From IMG/VR virus record IMGVR_UViG_3300021256_000025: 44,282 nt of DNA; one strand, given 5' to 3'. The first letter of the stretch is position 1, and each line of letters opens with the position of its first letter. The position numbers were made by a program, and so were the translations under genes. This DNA comes from a virus. The notes under the pieces are model-generated. The model was not told where the DNA came from. It worked only from the letters and a program-made list of their open reading frames with translations, and did no database searches. Of this stretch, positions 26,017 through 33,244 are shown in pieces.

Positions 26017-26238
26017 CTACGTGATAATTTTTTTCCTTTGGTCGTTTCGCCGGCTTCGGAGCGGTTCCCCCTTTTTGGCCCGGCGCTTGTCCAGCTGTTC
26101 CAGAACCCAGTCGTACTCTTCCTGCGTGCAGTACAGACGCCGCTGCAGCCGCCGGTCGATCAGCTGCATCTTGGGCCTCCCTGCGCCTTCCCTGCGGCCA
26201 CCGTTGTGTTTCCGGCCGTCCTCTTTTTTCTCTTCCAT
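26017..26238 (-). CDS. Small basic protein (73 aa), possible DNA/RNA-binding regulator
   Basis: RBS GGAGGTGAGGGC-ATG; MEEKKEDGRKHNGGRREGAGRPK...RSRRNDQRKKIIT; only this 3' part of track ORF 26017..26556 looks real. Confidence 0.5.
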   Translation of the reverse strand: MEEKKEDGRKHNGGRREGAGRPKMQLIDRRLQRRLYCTQEEYDWVLEQLDKRRAKKGEPLRSRRNDQRKKIIT

Positions 26239-26284
26239 GCCCTCACCTCCACGGGCCCATATTAGCATAAAAGGACTTGAAAAA

Positions 26285-26716
26285 TCAAGCCCTTTTTTTG
26301 CTGTAAACCAGCGCTTCCCGTAGGATCTTACGCGGCATTTTAAACAGCTTGTACGCATTGTCCAGCACGCCGTAGTATTGCAGGCTGGGAACGCCGTGAT
26401 GCCGGTCCTCGTGCATGATGTACACCAGCGCCGGCCCGTAGCCGTCCACCCAGAGGTACTGCTTGTAGTAAAACCTTGGGTAACCTTCGTAGCGGTCCAG
26501 GCTGCGCTCGTCGCGCTCCGAAATTTCCCAGAGCAGCGCCGGAACCTTGCACCCATCCTCCCGCTCGATGGTGGCGTAGCTGCCGGTCTGTGAGCCCTTG
26601 AACATGAGCCGCCACCCGTCCAGCGTGGTGGTCCCTACGAACGCGGAGTCCGGGCACCGGTACTCCATCTGGTCCAGGTCCATGTTGGACCCGTAAGCAA
26701 TGTACAATTTACGCAT
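26285..26716 (-). CDS. Gamma-glutamylcyclotransferase (GGCT/AIG2/GGACT fold)
   Basis: LYIAYGSNMDLDQMEYRCP...GWRLMF...WEISERDERSLDRYEGYPRFY matches the GGCT pattern. Confidence 0.8.
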   Translation of the reverse strand: MRKLYIAYGSNMDLDQMEYRCPDSAFVGTTTLDGWRLMFKGSQTGSYATIEREDGCKVPALLWEISERDERSLDRYEGYPRFYYKQYLWVDGYGPALVYIMHEDRHHGVPSLQYYGVLDNAYKLFKMPRKILREALVYSKKRA

Positions 26717-26759
26717 TTTAACATCCTCCTTTTATTTGAACCGGGGCTGTGGGCCCCGG

Positions 26760-27656
26760 TTAGGCTGCCTGGCCGTGGCGCCATGCGCTGCAGCCCTGCA
26801 GGTTTGCCATCATGTGAGTGCGGCAGGTCTTGAACTCGTCGCCGATCAGGCCCAGCCGGAGCAGCCAGCAGCGGAACGTGTACTTCTCATTGTCGCTGAC
26901 GGTGCGTTCCATCTTGATGCTGCGGCTGTTGATGGCCAGCGCGCTGACCGCCAGACAGAACTGCACGTAGGCTTTGATCTTACCGGCGTGGGTGGTTCCG
27001 TTGAACAGCCGGAACTCTACGGTGCCTTTGCTGAACGTTGCGTGCAGGTTCAGGCCATGGTACCGGGTGTCGTTGTAGTGGTGGTGTTTGCCGTTTACGC
27101 TGGACCCCTGGGATTCGTACCACAGATGCTCCCATGCGTTCATGTTCGCAGGACGCTCGCCCTTTTCAATTCGGTCGGCCAGGTTGCAGTTAACCTTCTT
27201 GGTGTAGGTGCATTCCCGGCGGCCGGTGATGGCCAGGGCCTTGTACAGCATGTCCTCCTTGGACCGGAAGATCTTAACCAGGTTCAGCAGGCTGCGTGCG
27301 TCGTGCTTGTCAGCGCCAACGTGTACGTGGATGCCGCAGGAACCGTCGGCCTTTGCGCCTTTGCCCCGCAGGATCCGTACCACTTCCTGCACGTCTTCCA
27401 GGTCGTCGTAGGTGCAGATCGGGGTGACCACTTCGCAAGCATGGTCGGCATTGGTCAGGCTGCCGTCCCTCATGAACTTCCAGGTGCGGCCCTTGCGGTC
27501 GGTGCAGGTCCAGGCATCGTAGCCAATCTCGTAACCAGCGTACCGTGCGTGGGTTCCAAAGTATTCCGCAATCGCCAGGGCTGCGGTTTTCCGTTCGATC
27601 TTAACCAGCTCAACCTCTACTCCGAACGTCTGATTCCTTAAATCTAACTTTGCCAT
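26760..27656 (-). CDS. Amidoligase (glutamine-synthetase-fold COOH-NH2 ligase, Amidoligase_2 family)
   Basis: FGVEVELV, FMRDGSL...CEVVTP, SCGIHVHVG, GTVEFRLFNGT motifs; start at MAKLDL with RBS AAGGAGGA. Confidence 0.8.
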   Translation of the reverse strand: MAKLDLRNQTFGVEVELVKIERKTAALAIAEYFGTHARYAGYEIGYDAWTCTDRKGRTWKFMRDGSLTNADHACEVVTPICTYDDLEDVQEVVRILRGKGAKADGSCGIHVHVGADKHDARSLLNLVKIFRSKEDMLYKALAITGRRECTYTKKVNCNLADRIEKGERPANMNAWEHLWYESQGSSVNGKHHHYNDTRYHGLNLHATFSKGTVEFRLFNGTTHAGKIKAYVQFCLAVSALAINSRSIKMERTVSDNEKYTFRCWLLRLGLIGDEFKTCRTHMMANLQGCSAWRHGQAA

Positions 27657-27716
27657 GTTTGCGTCCTCCTTTATTTTCACCGGCCCCCGCGGGGCCCTTT
27701 GCCTTTCGTTGTGTGC

Positions 27717-27745
27717 ATATTAACTCTCATTTTTTGAAATGTCAA
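27717..27745 (-). promoter_or_regulatory. Promoter of the repeated cassette family (copy 2): TTGACA-17-TAATAT
   Basis: Minus strand gcTTGACATTTCAAaaaatgAGAGtTAATAT then leader gcacacaacgaaagg plus a GC hairpin. Confidence 0.65.
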
Positions 27746-27810
27746 GCTCTTTTTATTAAATTTTTAATTATTTTTAAAGGGCGCATAAACCCGCATGGTT
27801 GACAGGCTCG

Positions 27811-27848
27811 TGTAATAAAAGAGGACGGCGTGTGCATGCCGTCCTCTT
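27811..27848 (-). terminator. Intrinsic terminator ending the early operon
   Basis: Minus strand AAGAGGACGGC-atgcacac-GCCGTCCTCTT followed by TTATT, 5 nt after the 27853 stop. Confidence 0.75.
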
Positions 27849-27852
27849 GTTT

Positions 27853-28026
27853 TTACTCTTTTTTTCTTGTTTTTTCCCGCGGCCGTGACATTTGTTTGCG
27901 CCGCACCTGCAGCTCATGCAGGAAGCCTCGCAGCATAGCCGCCGGAATGATCACGGACCCGTTGCAATCTTTGATGTTCCGCAGGATCGTCCGCGCGTCC
28001 GCATTATCCGGCACAATGTAATTCAT
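27853..28026 (-). CDS. Small ORF (57 aa), translationally coupled to the sigma-like gene
   Basis: ATGA overlap with the upstream stop; MNYIVPDNADARTILRNIKDCNGSVIIPAAMLRGFLHELQVRRKQMSRPREKTRKKE; below the ORF-track length cutoff. Confidence 0.45.
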   Translation of the reverse strand: MNYIVPDNADARTILRNIKDCNGSVIIPAAMLRGFLHELQVRRKQMSRPREKTRKKE

Positions 28027-28553
28027 CCGTCCAACGCCTCCGCTCCATACAACCGCAACGCCAGCACCCGAACCAGTGACGCCTTCGCCTTGGCCACCAC
28101 CTGCCAGGTAGTATCGTGCTTTTCCGCAATGTCCTCGATGCTCATGCGCTCAAAATAAAACTCCACCAGCCACGGGTACCCGGCGTCCATTTTGATCGTG
28201 TTCAGGGCCCGGTCCATAACAGCCAGCTCCTGCCGGTCGCGCTCCAGCTTGGCCTGTACCGCCAAAATGCGGCCCTCCTGGCGTTCCTCCGGGGTGAGCT
28301 TCACCCCGGCCTGCTCCGACCACCGCACAATAGACTTACTGGTCTCCGTCACCTTTTCCCGCCGCAGATCTTCGATGTCTGCAGGCCAGCGATTGTGCAC
28401 GTTATCCATGAGCACCGGGTACGCATACAGCCGCTGCTCCGTTGCCTTGTATCCAGACATCCGTGGCGGCTGGCGCTGGGCCAGCACCAACGGAACGGTC
28501 TGCCGCACTGTTTCGATGATCAGCTTCCGGACCTCTTTGTCATTCATCGTCAC
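28023..28553 (-). CDS. Sigma-70 region-4-like late transcription regulator (Xpf/ArpU/RinA-like)
   Basis: C-terminal WLVEFYFERMSIEDIAEKHDTTWQVVAKAKASLVRVLALRLYG resembles a sigma region-4 HTH; last sizeable gene of the early operon. Confidence 0.55.
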   Translation of the reverse strand: MTMNDKEVRKLIIETVRQTVPLVLAQRQPPRMSGYKATEQRLYAYPVLMDNVHNRWPADIEDLRREKVTETSKSIVRWSEQAGVKLTPEERQEGRILAVQAKLERDRQELAVMDRALNTIKMDAGYPWLVEFYFERMSIEDIAEKHDTTWQVVAKAKASLVRVLALRLYGAEALDG

Positions 28554-29128
28554 GCCTCCGCCGCTTCGTCACCGCTACCAAACCCAGGAAGCGCCTGATG
28601 TTTCGCGTCTTCCGGTTCCGCATCCTCCGCAAACTCCAGCACGGTCTGTGCACGTTCACCGTTGATGTACGCCATAGCCCGGTCAATAAACTGCCGGACG
28701 GTGTACGTCAGATCTTGCCCCAGGACGTCCTGGTTTTCGTTTTCGCGGGTCCCCGGGTACGAACCCTGATAGGTGTCAAACAGCCCGAAAAACGGAGTCT
28801 TGGATTTGACCTCGTGACCAGGCAGCCCGTACATGAGATGGAACGCCACCTCCTCCGTCCAGGACTTCTTGTCACTGGCCTGCCGGAGCTCGATACCATA
28901 CATCGCAAAATGGAACGGCGGGTGCGCCATCGCAACGTCCACGCCAAACATCTTCTGCATGACCGGCATCGACAACTGCTTGACCAGCCCGGTCAATTCA
29001 GGCACCGGTGGCTCTTCGCACCGGACCCTAACCACATCGCCGATACAATTCTCACCCTCTGCCTGGTAGCTGTACTCGATTGGAGTAACCACCGGCGGGT
29101 TTAAAAACTTGAACGAAATAAACTGCAT
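28550..29128 (-). CDS. Hypothetical protein with acidic C-terminal tail
   Basis: 192-aa ORF, ATGA-coupled downstream; no motif recognised. Confidence 0.55.
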   Translation of the reverse strand: MQFISFKFLNPPVVTPIEYSYQAEGENCIGDVVRVRCEEPPVPELTGLVKQLSMPVMQKMFGVDVAMAHPPFHFAMYGIELRQASDKKSWTEEVAFHLMYGLPGHEVKSKTPFFGLFDTYQGSYPGTRENENQDVLGQDLTYTVRQFIDRAMAYINGERAQTVLEFAEDAEPEDAKHQALPGFGSGDEAAEA

Positions 29129-29130
29129 GA

Positions 29131-29265
29131 CTACCTCCCTAAAATATCAGATTCAAACCAATCCGCAACAACAAACGCCAGCCTGAACCCCAGGAACATC
29201 AAAAACGGAACCATAAAAAACAAGGATAACACCTCGGCCAAAAATAAAACATCCTCGCGGCTCAT
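29131..29265 (-). CDS. Putative 44-aa single-TM peptide
   Basis: RBS GGAGGTGGAGGAG, ATGA coupling; MSREDVLFLAEVLSLFFMVPFLMFLGFRLAFVVADWFESDILGR. Confidence 0.35.
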   Translation of the reverse strand: MSREDVLFLAEVLSLFFMVPFLMFLGFRLAFVVADWFESDILGR

Positions 29266-29363
29266 CTCCTCCACCTCCGATCATCCTCGCCAGCAACGAT
29301 ACAGCACGCCATGATGCCCACGCCCACGATAGCGCCCAGAATAAAGCATGCCACATACATCAT
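29262..29363 (-). CDS. Putative 33-aa single-TM peptide
   Basis: ATGA coupling to the upstream ORF; MMYVACFILGAIVGVGIMACCIVAGEDDRRWRR. Confidence 0.35.
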   Translation of the reverse strand: MMYVACFILGAIVGVGIMACCIVAGEDDRRWRR

Positions 29364-29527
29364 TTCCGTTTTGCCTCCTGCCGTTTTATAAACTGCTTCC
29401 ATGCTTTTTTTAGATCTTCCGCATTCTGTTTCCTTACGGCGTCTCGATCCTGCACCGTAACCGCCTCCGCAAGTTTTGCCAGCTCAACACCTATGTAAAA
29501 CTTTGCGCCCATCATTATCTCATTCAT
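29360..29527 (-). CDS. Small ORF (55 aa)
   Basis: RBS GAGGTGA; MNEIMMGAKFYIGVELAKLAEAVTVQDRDAVRKQNAEDLKKAWKQFIKRQEAKRK. Confidence 0.4.
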   Translation of the reverse strand: MNEIMMGAKFYIGVELAKLAEAVTVQDRDAVRKQNAEDLKKAWKQFIKRQEAKRK

Positions 29528-29536
29528 AGCGTCACC

Positions 29537-29761
29537 TCAAAACGGCGGCAATAGCCACCAATCTACAAAACCATCTGCACAGCGTTTTAATCCTTTTCTT
29601 TCATAATGCGCTACAAGCCGGCGCATTTGCCTTCTCCTTCTTGGTTCCGTAAACCAATACTGCCGCCTGAACGCCCGCTGGAAGCGCCGCCGTCTTTTCA
29701 ATATTTCGGTTAAGGTGTCTCTATCCGGCACCGTAGCCGCCTCCGTCCCCATTTCCAGCAC
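29537..29761 (-). CDS. Hypothetical Arg-rich protein
   Basis: 74-aa ORF; start uncertain (overlaps the 3D-domain gene end). Confidence 0.4.
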   Translation of the reverse strand: MLEMGTEAATVPDRDTLTEILKRRRRFQRAFRRQYWFTEPRRRRQMRRLVAHYERKGLKRCADGFVDWWLLPPF

Positions 29762-29997
29762 TCTCCCTCCGATGCCTTGAATAAATCCAGCCGGTCCGTA
29801 TATCCCCCGCCCATCCTGTCCCGGATTACTACGACAGTACCGTCCGGAAGAGTCACGCGGGACCCGAACGGCAGATGGTCAGCTGCAGCCATACCGACCT
29901 GTGGCCAAACTCCGGACGCTGTCGGGTTCCCTGTTTCGCAGTACGCGCTGATATTTAAGACCTGCCAGAAAACGGCAAAAAGGATCAGCTTTTTCAC
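29710..29997 (-). CDS. Secreted 3D-domain (RlpA/MltA-like double-psi barrel) protein
   Basis: GTG start with RBS AAGGAG and GTGA coupling; signal-like KKLILFAVFWQVL; SAYCETGNPTASG...AADHLPFGSRV...IRDRMGG...LDLF = 3D-domain pattern. Confidence 0.65.
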   Translation of the reverse strand: MKKLILFAVFWQVLNISAYCETGNPTASGVWPQVGMAAADHLPFGSRVTLPDGTVVVIRDRMGGGYTDRLDLFKASEGECWKWGRRRLRCRIETP

Positions 29998-30224
29998 TTG
30001 CGTATCTCCTTTAACCATTTCTTGACATCTTCGACAGTATGCCCAGTTTGTTCATACCATCCGTCTGACTGCGTCCATCTGTCTTGATATATCAACGCTG
30101 CCAGATCTCCTGTAGAACAATTCCGTATATATTCCTCGTTGGTCAGCTGTTGACAATCAGGGCATTTTATAAACTTTCCCGGCATGTAAAGTTTTCCTTC
30201 GTCCTGACAATATTTGCATTTCAT
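29994..30224 (-). CDS. Zinc-ribbon small protein
   Basis: CKYC...CPDC pair of CxxC motifs; 76 aa. Confidence 0.5.
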   Translation of the reverse strand: MKCKYCQDEGKLYMPGKFIKCPDCQQLTNEEYIRNCSTGDLAALIYQDRWTQSDGWYEQTGHTVEDVKKWLKEIRK

Positions 30225-30394
30225 TCTGTATCACTCCACATTGCATTTTTTATGGCTTCTTTGATTTCATCGTAACTTTCCTGCACTTGGTAGGAATTGT
30301 TTTGAAAGCAAACAAAACTTTTGTAAACGCTTTCGATATATTTGATGTTGATAATTAATTCGTCACCGCTTTTTTCGTGTAAGATAATAAACAT
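30221..30394 (-). CDS. Small ORF (57 aa)
   Basis: ATGA coupling downstream; MFIILHEKSGDELIINIKYIESVYKSFVCFQNNSYQVQESYDEIKEAIKNAMWSDTE; below the track cutoff. Confidence 0.45.
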   Translation of the reverse strand: MFIILHEKSGDELIINIKYIESVYKSFVCFQNNSYQVQESYDEIKEAIKNAMWSDTE

Positions 30395-30396
30395 TG

Positions 30397-30912
30397 TTAA
30401 TCACTCTCCTGCTTCAGCCTTTCTGCAAGTTTTTTAAATCTTTCCGAAACCTTGGGATTCACTCTGCCCACGTATTTTTTATAAACAAGCAAGGCGTTTT
30501 CTTGGGCCTCCGCCTTGCTACGGAAGCAATTCCTGGACCGGAGCAGCAGATAGTCCATAAAGCAGTCACGCCATACCTCCGGGTGCGTTAAAATCGTCCC
30601 ATCATTAGTCCACGCCACATACCAATAAGGGTCGCCCTTATATGGCCGCCAGGGCATCCTGCGGATTTCGTCATGGTCATTAAGCAGATCGCTCAATTTC
30701 CACGCACATGCCCATGATTGTATATCCGTCCCCTTTTTGCTTTTTCCGTGCAGACCACTCTCATCAAACCACCAAACATAGTCGTTATATGTGAATTTCG
30801 TCCGAAACCTTTCTCCCGGCCGCACGCCAAGAATCTTGGCCACCACCAAAATTTTACTGTTCCTCGACAATAACCACACCTCCCTGAATAATGACCCGTT
30901 TGTCGTTATCAA
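30397..30912 (-). CDS. Hypothetical protein
   Basis: 171-aa ORF; start uncertain (59-nt overlap with the upstream gene). Confidence 0.5.
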   Translation of the reverse strand: MITTNGSLFREVWLLSRNSKILVVAKILGVRPGERFRTKFTYNDYVWWFDESGLHGKSKKGTDIQSWACAWKLSDLLNDHDEIRRMPWRPYKGDPYWYVAWTNDGTILTHPEVWRDCFMDYLLLRSRNCFRSKAEAQENALLVYKKYVGRVNPKVSERFKKLAERLKQESD

Positions 30913-31183
30913 TAATCATGTTGACCTCTTTAGTCGACGATGACAGATCTATCTTCCCCTGCCACGATCTAATGGGAGCGCCAGAATAGCTGTACACCGT
31001 CACAACGCGCTGCAGGCCGCCATTGATATCCGCGTTAAAATTCTTTATAAGCCTGTCTCTCGGGCCAGACATCAGAAATGGCCTCAATAAAGGTCCGAAA
31101 ACCAGCACTCCAAAAAAAGCAATAATTAAAAAGCAACCAATCCAAATCCCAAATTTTATAACTTTTTCCGCTATATCGCTCAT
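30854..31183 (-). CDS. Membrane-anchored hypothetical protein
   Basis: Start MSDIAEK via ATGA coupling, RBS GGGGGTGAAGG; one N-terminal TM helix. Confidence 0.5.
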   Translation of the reverse strand: MSDIAEKVIKFGIWIGCFLIIAFFGVLVFGPLLRPFLMSGPRDRLIKNFNADINGGLQRVVTVYSYSGAPIRSWQGKIDLSSSTKEVNMIIDNDKRVIIQGGVVIVEEQ

Positions 31184-31464
31184 ACCTTCACCCCCTGGTT
31201 TTTCCAATACGCCTCCATGGAATCCACCGCCTCCGGCACTTTATCAATCGCATTCAGCGTCGGCTGCATTTGCGCCACCACACGATTCAAACGCCCAGCC
31301 CCGAAATGAAACTCTTTCCGCAGAGCCACCAACATGGCCAGCGTCGCCTCTTTCCGTCCCCGTTCCCGCTTCTTGTCAGACAGTTTGTCCGCCGCGATTG
31401 CCACCGTGTTGATCAGCCGCGTCTTATCCTTCTTCAGCTTTTTGATTTTTGATGCCGTTATCAT
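31180..31464 (-). CDS. Hypothetical basic protein
   Basis: 94-aa ORF in the early operon. Confidence 0.45.
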   Translation of the reverse strand: MITASKIKKLKKDKTRLINTVAIAADKLSDKKRERGRKEATLAMLVALRKEFHFGAGRLNRVVAQMQPTLNAIDKVPEAVDSMEAYWKNQGVKV

Positions 31465-31642
31465 CCTTCAGTGCCTCCTTCCAACATTGCTCGCATGAAT
31501 GGTCCGGGCAAGACCGGGTGTCCCGGTAGCTGGGCAGCCCCCAGCCGTCAGGACACTCCGTCCGCAAGATATTCTCATACAGTGCAGGCCTCTTTTCTTT
31601 GCACTCCCGGAACCAGCGCCGTTTCAGCCAGACCACGTTCAT
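31424..31642 (-). CDS. Hypothetical Cys-containing protein
   Basis: 72-aa ORF, ATGA-coupled to the upstream gene. Confidence 0.45.
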   Translation of the reverse strand: MNVVWLKRRWFRECKEKRPALYENILRTECPDGWGLPSYRDTRSCPDHSCEQCWKEALKDDNGIKNQKAEEG

Positions 31643-32229
31643 GGCTCCGCCTCCTTCAGCAGGCCGATGCTACCGACCAACCGCTGCATGCGTTCCGCGT
31701 CTTCCCCCAGCACGTAGCTGTTCACCGCGGCCTCGTCCTTCCGCTGGCACGCTTGATCGTACAAGCGCCGGAGCTGCGCCCAGACCGTCGGCATGTCCAC
31801 TTCCAGCACGTTCTGCAGGTTGTCAAACCCATAGCTGTCCACCGCAGCCTTTATCTCCGGTGTGGACCACATCGGCTCGCAGGGAAGCCCGAAGTCTGGA
31901 TCGTCAAACGGAATCTCTCCCAGGCACCCATGGAACCAGGTGCGTGCGATTCCCTGCTGGATTTCTTTCTGGGCCTCCTGCCAGGTCTTGACCTTCCTGG
32001 ATGGATCTACGGTAGCCATCAGCGACATGGCCGCCTGCCGGATCTCCGCTACGGATGGCAGGAATTTCTGCTCACAAATGCATTTTTTTATCGTTTTGTT
32101 TAAAAGTGCTACCGGGATATCGTCCAGCATGGCAGCGTAAACTTTTAAAGTTTCTTCGCCTTTTTGGCCTTGCGGATATGCCATAAACAGCAGCCTAACC
32201 GCCTTGTACGTTTCACTTGAGAATTTCAT
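31639..32229 (-). CDS. Replication accessory protein (possibly G39P-like helicase loader)
   Basis: 196 aa directly after the replisome organiser; weak pattern similarity only. Confidence 0.4.
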   Translation of the reverse strand: MKFSSETYKAVRLLFMAYPQGQKGEETLKVYAAMLDDIPVALLNKTIKKCICEQKFLPSVAEIRQAAMSLMATVDPSRKVKTWQEAQKEIQQGIARTWFHGCLGEIPFDDPDFGLPCEPMWSTPEIKAAVDSYGFDNLQNVLEVDMPTVWAQLRRLYDQACQRKDEAAVNSYVLGEDAERMQRLVGSIGLLKEAEP

Positions 32230-32935
32230 AAATGTCCTCCTCCGTTAAGCCAGAATCGCTATCATTCGCAGCACCGGCCATGGTCTGCGGGTCATTTAAA
32301 ATCGTCTCCAGGTATTTTATAGACCTGCCGCCACGCTGTGCCATGATCTGCACGGCATATTTAAACGCGTCCATGCCATACCGGGAAATAACCGCCTGCA
32401 GTCGTTCTTTTTCCGGAGCCACAAGTAGAGAAACATGGTCGGTCAGGTATCGCTCCGCTTCGTTAACCTCCGCAGAGAAAAAGGTTTGCTCGCGCGTATG
32501 ATTAGCTTCTTCCCCTTCTTCTGCTTCTTTTATAATAGGTAGGTCCGCCGTTTGTCCGCCACTTGTCCGCCGTTTGTCCGCCACTTGTCCGCCATTTTGT
32601 CCGCCAACAAGCTGGTACTTTGACCAATTAACCACGGTAATAAGCGTGTTCCGTGGGCTCGTTTGTACTCCGATTTGTCCTTCACTTTTGAGCAGGTTTA
32701 CTATCCGCCTTGTTGTCGTTTCTGGAATCCGTAAATCAGCAGCAATTTCAAGAACCTTAAAAATACCCTGCCCAGGCTGCAACGTGATGCGTTTTCCCTC
32801 GAAAACAACGTCCGTCGGGCGCCAGTTTACGCGGCCCAAAATATACATCCAGACAGCTAACACGTTAGGCCGCAGCATCCATGGGTTCCGGAAAATAGAC
32901 CTGTGGATCTTGATCCAGCCTTTCTCATCGTCCAT
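32213..32935 (-). CDS. Replication initiator / replisome organiser (winged-helix N-terminal domain)
   Basis: N-terminal GWIKIHRSIFRNPWM...VWMYIL pattern common in phage replisome organisers; contains an iteron array. Confidence 0.65.
   Translation of the reverse strand: MDDEKGWIKIHRSIFRNPWMLRPNVLAVWMYILGRVNWRPTDVVFEGKRITLQPGQGIFKVLEIAADLRIPETTTRRIVNLLKSEGQIGVQTSPRNTLITVVNWSKYQLVGGQNGGQVADKRRTSGGQTADLPIIKEAEEGEEANHTREQTFFSAEVNEAERYLTDHVSLLVAPEKERLQAVISRYGMDAFKYAVQIMAQRGGRSIKYLETILNDPQTMAGAANDSDSGLTEEDIYEILK
32543..32605. repeat. Origin-like iterons: six GTCCGCC repeats at 11-11-11-11-12 bp spacing inside the initiator gene
   Basis: Copies start at 32543, 32554, 32565, 32576, 32587, 32599; AT-rich ttttataata adjacent at 32529..32538. 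Confidence 0.7.
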
Positions 32936-32947
32936 GCTGCCGCCTCC

Positions 32948-33244
32948 CTAAAATAAAGTTTGCACCGTAGTCATGTACGGCATAATGTCCTCTACGGACC
33001 GGGCCAGGATATACGGCGCATAAGGCGCCACGTCGGCCTGATATTGCTTCTGTGCCGGGCTCTGCCGGCCGTCCTTTGACTTGCACTCGATCAGGATAAC
33101 CCTGCCGCCTTTATACGCCTCCATGTCAGGGCGCCCAGGACGCACATAAGGACCGAACTGCGGGTTACTTTGCACGAACCAGCCGTCGGCCTTTAACAGT
33201 TTCTTTATTGACTCTTTGACTTTGTTTTCCGGCGTGTCTTTCAT
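32948..33244 (-). CDS. VRR-NUC domain nuclease
   Basis: GRPDMEAYKGGRVILIECKSKDGRQSPAQKQY fits the D...E.K VRR-NUC motif. Confidence 0.65.
   Translation of the reverse strand: MKDTPENKVKESIKKLLKADGWFVQSNPQFGPYVRPGRPDMEAYKGGRVILIECKSKDGRQSPAQKQYQADVAPYAPYILARSVEDIMPYMTTVQTLF

Noticed and set aside
26017-26556. 179-aa ORF overlapping the GGCT gene
   Set aside because: Its first roughly 106 codons lie out of frame over the well-supported GGCT gene. Only the last 73 codons (26017..26238), which have their own RBS, are kept.
29153-29356. 67-aa Trp-rich ORF from the track
   Set aside because: It has no RBS or coupling and an implausible composition (WHALFWALSWAWASW). Two coupled micro-ORFs with RBSs and clean TM helices occupy the same DNA in other frames. 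This is not fully excluded.
32543-32605. Possible CRISPR-like or DGR-like repeat array
   Set aside because: The repeats are only 7 bp with 4-5 bp gaps and lie inside the initiator gene. There are no spacers, no cas genes and no reverse transcriptase anywhere in the window. They are interpreted as ori iterons.
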